Source: an uncultured Gammaproteobacteria bacterium
Lineage (GTDB): Bacteria; Patescibacteriota; Microgenomatia; UBA12405
DNA length: 33,132 bases
Assembly: GCA_964425635.1 (NCBI GenBank)
Contig: CAYRMT010000001.1
Coordinates: forward strand, 1-33,132
Reading direction: 5' to 3'
A model generated the notes under the pieces. It saw only the letters and a program-made list of their open reading frames with translations. It ran no database searches and was not told the origin of the DNA. The position numbers and the translations under genes are program-made. Positions 16,891 through 25,174 of the stretch are shown in pieces. Position 1 is the stretch's first letter; every line of letters begins with the position of its first letter.

Positions 16891-19530
16891 ATGGCCACAA
16901 CTACTAAAGAACTAAATAAAACTAATCCTATCGGTAAAATTCTCGAAGTCGATATTGTTCCCGAGATGGAAACATCATACCTTGATTATGCAATGAGTGT
17001 TATCGTTCAACGTGCTCTTCCTGATGTTCGTGATGGTCTTAAACCAGTTCATCGTCGAATTATTTACGCTATGGATAAAATGGGTCTTGGTAGTGGTGGA
17101 AAAACTTGTAAATCCGCCAAAGTTGTTGGTGATGTTTTAGGTAAATACCACCCACATGGCGACATGTCCGTTTATGGTGCCCTTGTCCGTTTAGCTCAAG
17201 ATTTTTCCATGCGTTACACTTTAGTCAAAGGTCAAGGAAATTTCGGTTCAATCGATGGCGACCCACCAGCTGCCATGCGTTACACCGAAGTCAAAATGGA
17301 TAAAATCAGCACCGAGATAATCGCCGACATGAACAAAGAAACAGTCGATATGGTTGACAATTTCGATGCTACCGAAAAAGAACCTTCTGTCCTTCCCACT
17401 AAAATTCCAACTCTACTTTTAAATGGTACCGATGGTATCGCTGTTGGTATGGCCACCCGTATTCCTCCACACAATTTAAAAGAATTATGTCAAGCAATTG
17501 ATTTTATTTTAGATCATAGTCGATTAGAAAAAATCGAAGCTCAAGAAGAACTAAACAACCTTTTAGCTCCGCCAAAAAACACCCAAGAAATGGTTTTAAG
17601 ACCAGCTTTTGAATTAGCCAAAGAACATTTTAACTTTGAAACCAATGCTAATATCGAAGATTTGGTCAAATTTGTCCAAGGACCAGATTTTCCTACCGCC
17701 GGAGAAATTTACGGAAAAACTGGAATTGTTGAAATGTACAACACTGGCCGAGGTAAATTTATTGTCCGTGGAAAAACCAGTATCGAAGAAACCAAATCTG
17801 GCAAAATCAGAATTATTATTACCGAATTACCATACCAAGTTAATAAAGCTGAATTTGTCAAAAAAATCGCCGATCTCGTCCATGATAAAAAAATAATTGG
17901 TATCTCTGACCTTCGTGATGAATCAGACCGTCATGGTATTCGTGTCGTTGTTGAAATTAAAAAAATTGGTAAACCAAAATCAATCTTAAATAAACTTTTT
18001 AAATACACCGCACTTCAATCATCATATTCTGCCAATATGTTGGCATTAGTCGACAATGTCCCTCAAACTCTAAATTTGCGTCAAATGTTATTACTTTTCC
18101 TTCGTCACCGCGAAAATGTCATTCGTCGTCGCACTATTTTTGATCTTAAAGGAGATTTAATGCGTGCCCATATTTTAGAAGGTCTTAAAAAAGCTCTCGA
18201 TGTTATTGATGAAGTTATTAAAACCATTCGTGGCACCAAACCAAATGAAGATCCAAAAGCTAAATTAATGGAAAAATTCGGATTCACCGATCTTCAAGCC
18301 CAAGCCATTCTTGAAATGCAACTTAAAAAACTCTCTGGTCTCGAAAGACAAAAACTAGACGATGAATATGATGAAATTGAAAAAACCATTGCCTATTTGA
18401 CCTCCATCATTACCAAACCGGAAGTCATGATTAGTGTTCTTAAGCAAGAAAATAATGAAATCATGGAAAAATATGGCGATGTCAGAAAAACTAAAATTTA
18501 TGCCCGAGGCTTAGAAGAATTTAGTGAGGAGGATTTAATCCCCAACGAAGCTGTTCTCGTCGCTCTTACCAAAACTGGCTACATCAAAAGAGTTGCTAAA
18601 GAAACTTATCATATTCAGAAACGCGGTGGCGTCGGTGTTGTCGGTATGACAACTAAAAATGAAGACGAAATTGAGCATATGCTCTCAGTCGACACCCACG
18701 ACGACCTTTTATTTTTCACCAACCGTGGCCGAGTTTTCAAAACTAAAGTTTGGGATGTTCAAGAAGGAACCAGGCAAGCCAAAGGGCAAGCTGTTGTTAA
18801 TTTAATCAACACTATCCAAGGCGAAACTGTTCAAACCATTCTTCCTATCAGTAAAAATACAAAAGCTAAGTTTATTTTATTAGCCACCAAAAACGGTGTC
18901 GTTAAGAAAACTTCCATCGATAAGTTCAAAAATATTCGCCAAACCGGTCTAGCTGCAATCAAGCTCGATAACAACGATCAACTTATTTGGGCTAAATTAA
19001 CCGAAGGTGATAATCAAATATTTTTAGTCACTGCCAACGGTAAATGCATTCGTTTCGATGAAAAAGATTGTCGACCAATGGGTCGTCAAACCCGTGGAGT
19101 CCGAGGCATTCTTCTTAAAGAAGGCGATATTTTAGTCGGTATGGATGTAGTCCCAAGTGGTCTCGACAAAAAAGATAAAGGCACCTTCAGACATCTTCTC
19201 GTTGTCACTGAAAATGGTGTTGGTAAAAGAACCGATGTTTATCTTTATCCATCTCAAAAACGTGGCGGTATTGGTATTAAAGTAGCCAACCTCAGTGCCA
19301 AAACTGGCAAAATCGCTGCTGCTCAAGTTGTGTCTGAAAGTGATGAATTAGTTGTCCTAGTTTCCAAAAAAGCAGTGATTATAAAACTACCATTAAAAAA
19401 TATTCCCACCCTTAGTCGCAACACTAAAGGTGTAATTCTCATGCGCTTTAAATCAGTCGATGATAAATTAAGCGCCATGACTGTTATTAACAAAAACGAA
19501 TCCGCTCTAAAAGATGAAAAAGCAAAATAA
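16891..19530 (+). CDS. gyrA: DNA gyrase subunit A (with a ~45-aa lineage-specific insertion)
   Basis: [32 protein letters not shown], catalytic [15 protein letters not shown], and C-terminal beta-pinwheel repeats. Confidence 0.97.
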   Translation: MATTTKELNKTNPIGKILEVDIVPEMETSYLDYAMSVIVQRALPDVRDGLKPVHRRIIYAMDKMGLGSGGKTCKSAKVVGDVLGKYHPHGDMSVYGALVRLAQDFSMRYTLVKGQGNFGSIDGDPPAAMRYTEVKMDKISTEIIADMNKETVDMVDNFDATEKEPSVLPTKIPTLLLNGTDGIAVGMATRIPPHNLKELCQAIDFILDHSRLEKIEAQEELNNLLAPPKNTQEMVLRPAFELAKEHFNFETNANIEDLVKFVQGPDFPTAGEIYGKTGIVEMYNTGRGKFIVRGKTSIEETKSGKIRIIITELPYQVNKAEFVKKIADLVHDKKIIGISDLRDESDRHGIRVVVEIKKIGKPKSILNKLFKYTALQSSYSANMLALVDNVPQTLNLRQMLLLFLRHRENVIRRRTIFDLKGDLMRAHILEGLKKALDVIDEVIKTIRGTKPNEDPKAKLMEKFGFTDLQAQAILEMQLKKLSGLERQKLDDEYDEIEKTIAYLTSIITKPEVMISVLKQENNEIMEKYGDVRKTKIYARGLEEFSEEDLIPNEAVLVALTKTGYIKRVAKETYHIQKRGGVGVVGMTTKNEDEIEHMLSVDTHDDLLFFTNRGRVFKTKVWDVQEGTRQAKGQAVVNLINTIQGETVQTILPISKNTKAKFILLATKNGVVKKTSIDKFKNIRQTGLAAIKLDNNDQLIWAKLTEGDNQIFLVTANGKCIRFDEKDCRPMGRQTRGVRGILLKEGDILVGMDVVPSGLDKKDKGTFRHLLVVTENGVGKRTDVYLYPSQKRGGIGIKVANLSAKTGKIAAAQVVSESDELVVLVSKKAVIIKLPLKNIPTLSRNTKGVILMRFKSVDDKLSAMTVINKNESALKDEKAK

Positions 19531-19735
19531 AATTTGTTTTTTTAAATACTATAAGACATACGTATTTGATAAGCATATGTTAGCAGTTAAAACAATTGAT
19601 TGCTAATATACCCCATTTTTTTATTTTTACCCTAATTTAGGGATAAATTTATTACCAACTAAATCAAAAAACATCAAGACGGTGCAGGGGAGTCAAATCA
19701 TAAAATTTTGCCCTACTATAGGGTAGAGGGTAATT

Positions 19736-20680
19736 TTATTTTTCCGCTCGATTACCAGAATGAAATTTCTCATGAACTTCACGCAATCTAGCATCTGTTA
19801 CATGAGTATAAATTTGAGTTGTCGCAATATTTTTGTGTCCCAAAAGTTCTTGGACTGATCTCAAATCCGCTCCCGACCTAAGCAGGTCAGTGGCCATTGA
19901 ATGTCTCAATGTATGAGGTGTTGCCTCTACCGGCAAATTTGCCGCTTTAACATAATATTTCACTAATCTTTGCACCGACCTCGTGGTTAATCTGGTTTTT
20001 TCATCACTGGCTGGAATTTCGTTTGGTCTTAAACTTCTAATAAACAATGGTTTATATTTATCCTCTCTACTCATTAAATATTTTGCGACATAGTCAGCCG
20101 CTTGTTTAGAAATAAAAACCACTCTCGCTCTTCCGCCTTTTCCAATCACTCCAAATTCTCTTGTCTTCAAATTAATTTGGTCACGATTTAAATGAACCAA
20201 TTCAGAAACACGCAATCCTGTCGAAAATAAAAGCTCTAAAATTGCTCTATCTCTAAAACCATTTTTCGAGGAGGGGAGTGGTTGCACCAAAAGCCTCCCT
20301 ATTTGCTGAGCATCTAAAAATTTTAATGAATGATCCTTGACCTTAGGTACGTCTAATTTTTCTGGCTGCAAAACTTTGTAATCATTTTTAATCAACCATT
20401 TTAAAAACGATCGCAGGGCAATCACATAATAACCTTGAGTTACTAATTTCATTTCACCAGCAGTCCCTTTCTGTCGAGCCAAATACAACCTAAATCTCCT
20501 TACCACATCAGAACTTATATTATTAACTGTCACTTTTTTATCTTTATTTTCATCAGATAAAAATTTCATCAAAACTTCCAAATAATGTTGATAATTTCTA
20601 ATCGTTAATCTTGAACAATTTTTCTCAATTTCCAAATGCTCCAAAAACCGCCTAATCAAAACATTTAAATCATTTTCCAT
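19736..20680 (-). CDS. xerC: Tyrosine site-specific recombinase, XerC/XerD family
   Basis: N-terminal SAM-like core-binding domain ([18 protein letters not shown]). Catalytic residues in [33 protein letters not shown] and [15 protein letters not shown] (R..HxxR..H..Y). C versus D identity is not resolvable here. Confidence 0.9.
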   Translation of the reverse strand: MENDLNVLIRRFLEHLEIEKNCSRLTIRNYQHYLEVLMKFLSDENKDKKVTVNNISSDVVRRFRLYLARQKGTAGEMKLVTQGYYVIALRSFLKWLIKNDYKVLQPEKLDVPKVKDHSLKFLDAQQIGRLLVQPLPSSKNGFRDRAILELLFSTGLRVSELVHLNRDQINLKTREFGVIGKGGRARVVFISKQAADYVAKYLMSREDKYKPLFIRSLRPNEIPASDEKTRLTTRSVQRLVKYYVKAANLPVEATPHTLRHSMATDLLRSGADLRSVQELLGHKNIATTQIYTHVTDARLREVHEKFHSGNRAEK

Positions 20681-20687
20681 ATAACCT

Positions 20688-20696
20688 ATCTTAACA
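20688..20696 (-). promoter_or_regulatory. Extended -10-like box TGTTAAGAT (minus strand), 7 nt upstream of the xer ATG
   Basis: Read on the reverse strand within the 18-nt PP2C-xer spacer. Confidence 0.35.
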
Positions 20697-20698
20697 CT

Positions 20699-21574
20699 TT
20701 ATTTAGAAAAACTTACTGCTACTGCTGTTAAATCATCGTGTGGCTTAAACCTGGGATACTTAACAAAATCCAAATCAGAATTTTCTATTTCTCTTACATA
20801 ATTTTTCACTGCCTCCAAACCTCCTTGTAAAAACAATTCTGTCCATTTTTCAAAATCATCTTCTTTTTCCGGGGTAGGGTTGGGGATAAACATCCCATCA
20901 GTCAGACAAACAATATATTTAACTCCATTTAAACTCTCACTCCCCGACTTTAAAAAATTAATCATCATCTCGTCACCATCAATTTTTCCGTAAAAACCGG
21001 GTTTACTCATATTTCTTCGGACTCTTATCTTATCTTTTTCAAATAATTCATTTTTTTGAGGATTATTTTCTTCATTAAGTTTTTTCCACAAAATTAGGGA
21101 TTCTTTATCATGATCGTAACCTTCAACCAAAAGTTTATATCTACCATCTTCATAAATCACCAAAATAATACTGTCATCAATTTGAACCCAATCAAAACTA
21201 TTCTCTTCTAAATTCAACCTAACTACCGCCGCTGTAGTACAAAACACATTCAATTTATCCGACACATCAATCTTCAATTCTTCCATTTTAGCTTTTACGG
21301 TCTCATTAGCTTCTTTCGCCAATTCAATTAAATTCGCATCATCCCTTAAAAATACTTCTTTACTAATTTGAGCCGCTATCGCCCCACCAGAATTTCCATT
21401 TTCATCAAAGTATTTTATTAAACCAGTTGCTCCATCAAAAACTCCAAAAATATTTTCTCCGACCAAAAAAGCATCCTCATTAATAGAACCACTACCCTTA
21501 TCACCCATACACTCTATAGAAATCTCTCTCTTATTTAATTTTTCATCAAAACGCTTTCCTGTCTCTATTTTCAT
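20699..21574 (-). CDS. PP2C-like (PP2C_2 type) serine/threonine phosphatase domain protein
   Basis: The order of motifs INEDAF, GVFDGATG, CTTAAVV, IDDSIILV, CLTDGMF and HDDLTAVAV matches PP2C metal-binding and core strands. Confidence 0.6.
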   Translation of the reverse strand: MKIETGKRFDEKLNKREISIECMGDKGSGSINEDAFLVGENIFGVFDGATGLIKYFDENGNSGGAIAAQISKEVFLRDDANLIELAKEANETVKAKMEELKIDVSDKLNVFCTTAAVVRLNLEENSFDWVQIDDSIILVIYEDGRYKLLVEGYDHDKESLILWKKLNEENNPQKNELFEKDKIRVRRNMSKPGFYGKIDGDEMMINFLKSGSESLNGVKYIVCLTDGMFIPNPTPEKEDDFEKWTELFLQGGLEAVKNYVREIENSDLDFVKYPRFKPHDDLTAVAVSFSK

Positions 21575-21583
21575 TCAACATAA

Positions 21584-21592
21584 ATTATAACA
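21584..21592 (-). promoter_or_regulatory. Extended -10 box TGTTATAAT (minus strand), 9 nt upstream of the PP2C-like ATG
   Basis: Reverse complement of ATTATAACA read directly. No SD. Confidence 0.5.
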
Positions 21593-21939
21593 AACATTTA
21601 CAAGTTTCTGTCGACAGATCCATTTAATTTATTAAATAAGAGGTTAAAGTAATCGGATATTTTTTAATCTTCATTTCTAGGGGCTCTGATGACGTCTTAG
21701 GTTCATTTTGCCTATCTTTAGGCATAATCATCAAAATTCCCTCCCTAAAACCACATAGGGGAGTCAAGTGTCAAATTTTAAACCCAAAGATCATTTATAA
21801 GGCAGGCCAGCTAAACAGGGAATTTATTCATTAATTAATTATTAAAAAATAAAAAACAAAAACATAACCAAAATAAAAGAAAAATAAAAACGTTTAAAAG
21901 AATCCAAAATAGCACTCCCCCTACCTAATTCTTTATATA

Positions 21940-21967
21940 ATGTCGCAAAAGATACATTGTGCGACAT
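21940..21967. repeat. Hairpin ATGTCGCA-(12 nt)-TGCGACAT in the ORF-free tract
   Basis: 8-bp perfect inverted repeat read directly. Confidence 0.8.
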
Positions 21968-22143
21968 AGCAAATTTAACCACCTACTGCTAGGAGATAGG
22001 CATTAAAACTCTTCTCTCCCCAAGGCTTATTTTCACTTAATTTATTAATTATCATTTATTATTTTCCCATTAATTAACCCTTACTCCTCCCTCTTGGGCA
22101 ATCCTCTTTGATACATTCGGTAAAAAATAGGTTTTCCACATAG

Positions 22144-22163
22144 ACTATATCACACTATATCAC
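22144..22163 (+). repeat. Perfect tandem 10-mer ACTATATCAC x2
   Basis: Read directly. Immediately preceded by a DnaA-box-like TTTTCCACA at 22132-22140. Confidence 0.9.
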
Positions 22164-22169
22164 CTGCTC

Positions 22170-22226
22170 CGTGAAAACTATAGGATATTTCGTGAAAATA
22201 TTATAGGATGTTGTATATTATAGGAC
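22170..22226 (+). repeat. Iteron/operator-like direct repeats: CGTGAAAA (x2, 21-nt period) each followed by (TAT)TATAGGA; a third TATTATAGGA copy follows
   Basis: CGTGAAAA-C-TATAGGAT (22170-22186), CGTGAAAA-TAT-TATAGGAT (22191-22209) and TATTATAGGAC (22216-22226), all read directly. Confidence 0.85.
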
Positions 22227-22435
22227 TCCCCTCTGCCCTGCCTATCTGTCCTTAAAAAAATTAAAAAATTATAAACTTTAAATTAAAATACCCACTTTTA
22301 AACCTAAATCTGCTTTTTTTATAAAAAAATAATCCAAGATCTATCATCTACGACCTAAATCCTAATCAATCCCCAATTCCCCTATTTTAAAAACAAAACC
22401 ATCAAATTTACCCTATTTTTCCAATTAAATTACCA

Positions 22436-24196
22436 TTATTTAATAAATCCACCTACCTGTATCTCCCAAAGCTTTTTATAAACACCATTCTCTTTCTTAA
22501 TCAATTTTTCATGAGTTCCATCTTCAACAATTTTTTTATTTTTTATTACCACAATTCTATCAACCTTCTTAATCGTCGACAGTCTATGAGCAATCACAAT
22601 AACTGTTTTATTTTTCATTAATTCATTTAATGAATCTTGGATAAATTTCTCCGATTCCGAATCTAAACTCGAAGTCGCCTCGTCCATAATTAAAATTGGC
22701 GCATTTCTTAAAATTGCCCTAGCAATAGCCACTCTTTGACGTTCTCCACCTGAAAGCTTTATTCCTCTTTCCCCTACAAAAGTTTCATAACCTTTTTCCA
22801 GCTTCGAGATAAATTCATCACAATGAGCCAACTTTGCTGCCCTAAAAACCTCTTCATCGGTTGCATTAAATTTACCATATCGTATATTTTCCATTAAACT
22901 TCGATGAAATAAAATCGGATCTTGTGGCACTAAGCTTACCTTTTCTCTAAGACTTTTTTGAGTAACTTTAGAAATATCCAGCCCATCAATTAATATTTGA
23001 CCTTCTTGAACATCAAACATTCTCAACAGTAATTTAGTCAAAGTAGTTTTACCAGCTCCCGAAATTCCCACCAAAGCTACTGTCTCTTTTGGCTGTATTT
23101 CTAAATTAAAATTATCAATCACCTTAATTCCATTTTCATAACCAAATCCAACTCCTTCAAATTTTACTTTTCCATTATTTACCGCCAAATCAACTGCATT
23201 TCTAATGTCAGTAATTTCATAAGGTGTATCTAAAATAACTATCATCTCTTCAGCTTCTGCCAATCTTTCATATATTCTACTAATCACCTTTCCAAAGTTC
23301 CAAACCATTCCCATTACCAAAATAATATACGACTGAATTAAAACAAAATCACCCACGGTTAAAATATTTTTATTCCACAATTGAATTGCAAAGTAAAAAA
23401 TCCCCACTTCTAAAAATACAGACAAAAGCGACTGTAATCCGTAAAATTTCGCACTTAAATTCCAACAAAATTTTCTTATTCTATGCAATTTTTCTGCTAA
23501 ATCAGAAAAACCCTTATTTTCTTTTTTGTGCCCGTTAAATAATTTAATATTTATATTATTAGTTACGGTATCTGCTAAAAAACTACTTGTCGCCGTCTCG
23601 GTCTCACTTCTTTCAATATCATATTTCAATTTAATCTTAATAAAAATCCAATTAATAACCAAAAATAAAATTATCCAAGCTAACATGCCTAATCCTAAAT
23701 AAATATTTATCTTTGCCAAAATCACAGTAATCAATAATATTTTCGTAAACGAAGGCAATAATTCATAAAAAAACTGATCTGCAAGAATTTCAAAAGCAGA
23801 CACAAAACCTTTAGTTTTTTTAACCACAGAACCTGTAAAAGTATTGGAAAAATACGCAAAAGAATGTTTATGTAAATAATTAAAACATTTTTTACTCAAA
23901 TCAGCCATCACTCTCGATTCTAAAAAATTCAAGGTAAAAAAAGCCACTCTCCAAAACAACCACTCCATCAATTTTAATAATCCCATCATTATTAAAACCG
24001 ACAACAACATTTTAACCACCAAAACCTTATCTTCACCACCAGTCAAGACATTAAAAAACTTTTTATAATACAAAGGAATAATTGAGTTCAAAACCGAACC
24101 AATAATTATCGATCCCATCAACAGAAACATCCACCATTTATAATTACTCATTGTCTCCCAATAATATTTTAGTGTTTTTTTAGTGTTTTCTTTCAT
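22436..24196 (-). CDS. ABC exporter, fused permease/ATPase (MsbA/type I exporter-like)
   Basis: Six N-terminal TM helices. Walker A GISGAGKTT, signature [14 protein letters not shown], Walker B ILIMDEATSSLD, H-loop IAHRL. Confidence 0.92.
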   Translation of the reverse strand: MKENTKKTLKYYWETMSNYKWWMFLLMGSIIIGSVLNSIIPLYYKKFFNVLTGGEDKVLVVKMLLSVLIMMGLLKLMEWLFWRVAFFTLNFLESRVMADLSKKCFNYLHKHSFAYFSNTFTGSVVKKTKGFVSAFEILADQFFYELLPSFTKILLITVILAKINIYLGLGMLAWIILFLVINWIFIKIKLKYDIERSETETATSSFLADTVTNNINIKLFNGHKKENKGFSDLAEKLHRIRKFCWNLSAKFYGLQSLLSVFLEVGIFYFAIQLWNKNILTVGDFVLIQSYIILVMGMVWNFGKVISRIYERLAEAEEMIVILDTPYEITDIRNAVDLAVNNGKVKFEGVGFGYENGIKVIDNFNLEIQPKETVALVGISGAGKTTLTKLLLRMFDVQEGQILIDGLDISKVTQKSLREKVSLVPQDPILFHRSLMENIRYGKFNATDEEVFRAAKLAHCDEFISKLEKGYETFVGERGIKLSGGERQRVAIARAILRNAPILIMDEATSSLDSESEKFIQDSLNELMKNKTVIVIAHRLSTIKKVDRIVVIKNKKIVEDGTHEKLIKKENGVYKKLWEIQVGGFIK

Positions 24197-24253
24197 TTTT
24201 GTGGAATCTTATTATATCTCATTCCATACTTATTTTTAATATATAATACTCCA

Positions 24254-25174
24254 ATGAACCCTATTTTTGAAAAAATTTACAACCAATCCAAACTAAATTA
24301 TAAAAAAATAGTTCTTACCGAAGGTAACGATAACAGAATCATAAAAGCAGCTAAAATAATTCGAGATCAAAAAATTGCCGATGTTATTACTGACCTTCCC
24401 TATTCTCAATATCAAGACCAATTTACTCAAACTCTTTTTGAACTTCGAAAAGATAAAGGTTTAACCCTAGACCAGGCTAAGGAATTAGTTAAAAATCCCC
24501 TTTACTTCGGCACTCTTATGGTTTATTCCGGTCTTGCCGACGGGATGGTTGCTGGCGCTAATAATTCCACTTCTGATACTATCCGCCCTGCCCTCCAAAT
24601 AATTAAACCAAGACCTGAAGAAAAAATTGCTTCCAGTTTTTTTATCATGGAAGTTCCAAATAAAAATTTTGGAGAAAAAGGCGTTTTTATTTTTGCTGAT
24701 TGCGGCCTCAACATCGATCCCGATGCTGAAAGTTTAGCCCAAATTGCCATCCAATCATCTAGATCTTTCAAAAAATTAATTGGACCTATTCCCAAAATTG
24801 CCATGCTTTCTTATTCCACCTACAACAGTGCCACTGGACCATCAGTTGAAAAAATTAAAAAAGCGGTTGAAATAGTGCAAAGTCTAGACCCAGAAATTAT
24901 TATTGATGGTGAAATGCAAGCCGACACTGCCATTATTCCATCAATATCTGAAAAAAAATATCCTAATAATAAAATCCAAGGTCAGGCCAATATTTTAATT
25001 TTCCCAGATCTAAATTCCGGTAATATCGCCTATAAACTGGTAGAAAGATTAAGTGGTGGTCAAGCTTTTGGACCATTAATCCAAGGATTAAAAAAACCAA
25101 TTAACGATCTCTCCCGTGGATGCAGTGTCGAAGACATTATTGCTACTGTTGCTGTTACTTCGGTCCAGGATTAA
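24254..25174 (+). CDS. pta: Phosphate acetyltransferase (short form)
   Basis: 306 aa. IVLTEGNDNRIIKAA, GLADGMVAGANNSTSDTIRPALQIIK, FPDLNSGNIAYKL and NDLSRGCSVEDI match the PTA_PTB family. Confidence 0.85.
   Translation: MNPIFEKIYNQSKLNYKKIVLTEGNDNRIIKAAKIIRDQKIADVITDLPYSQYQDQFTQTLFELRKDKGLTLDQAKELVKNPLYFGTLMVYSGLADGMVAGANNSTSDTIRPALQIIKPRPEEKIASSFFIMEVPNKNFGEKGVFIFADCGLNIDPDAESLAQIAIQSSRSFKKLIGPIPKIAMLSYSTYNSATGPSVEKIKKAVEIVQSLDPEIIIDGEMQADTAIIPSISEKKYPNNKIQGQANILIFPDLNSGNIAYKLVERLSGGQAFGPLIQGLKKPINDLSRGCSVEDIIATVAVTSVQD

Noticed and set aside
21825-22163. Chromosomal oriC (AT-rich block + DnaA-box-like TTTTCCACA)
   Set aside because: There is only one good DnaA box and no dnaA/dnaN nearby. 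Flanking genes point towards this region from both sides, which is the opposite of what is expected at an origin.
22201-22228. dif-like core TGTATATTAT (identical to the central part of E. coli dif) at 22212-22221
   Set aside because: The flanks are direct repeats (TTATAGGA on both sides), not the inverted XerC/XerD arms. The right arm matches the TTATGTTAAAT consensus at only about 5 of 11 positions. The palindrome AATACTAT-TAAT-ATAGTATT at 5586-5605 was likewise rejected, because its arms do not fit CATAA/TTATG.
21640-22380. Resemblance of parts of the ORF-free tract to RNase P RNA (TAGGGGAGTCAAG..ATAAGGCAGGCCAGC versus GAGGAAAGTCC..ATAGGGCAGG; AAGGCTTAT versus CCGGCTTAT), to a tmRNA 5' end (minus strand GGGGATTGATTAGGATTTAGGTCG; plus strand GGGGCTCTGATGACG) and to SRP RNA
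   Set aside because: The putative P4 strands are not complementary. No tRNA-like T-arm or matching acceptor 3' strand (AATCCCC / GAGCCCC + ACCA) exists for a tmRNA. No GGAA-tetraloop SRP domain IV is present. The same G-rich words recur elsewhere in the window, so they are repeats rather than RNA-family signatures.
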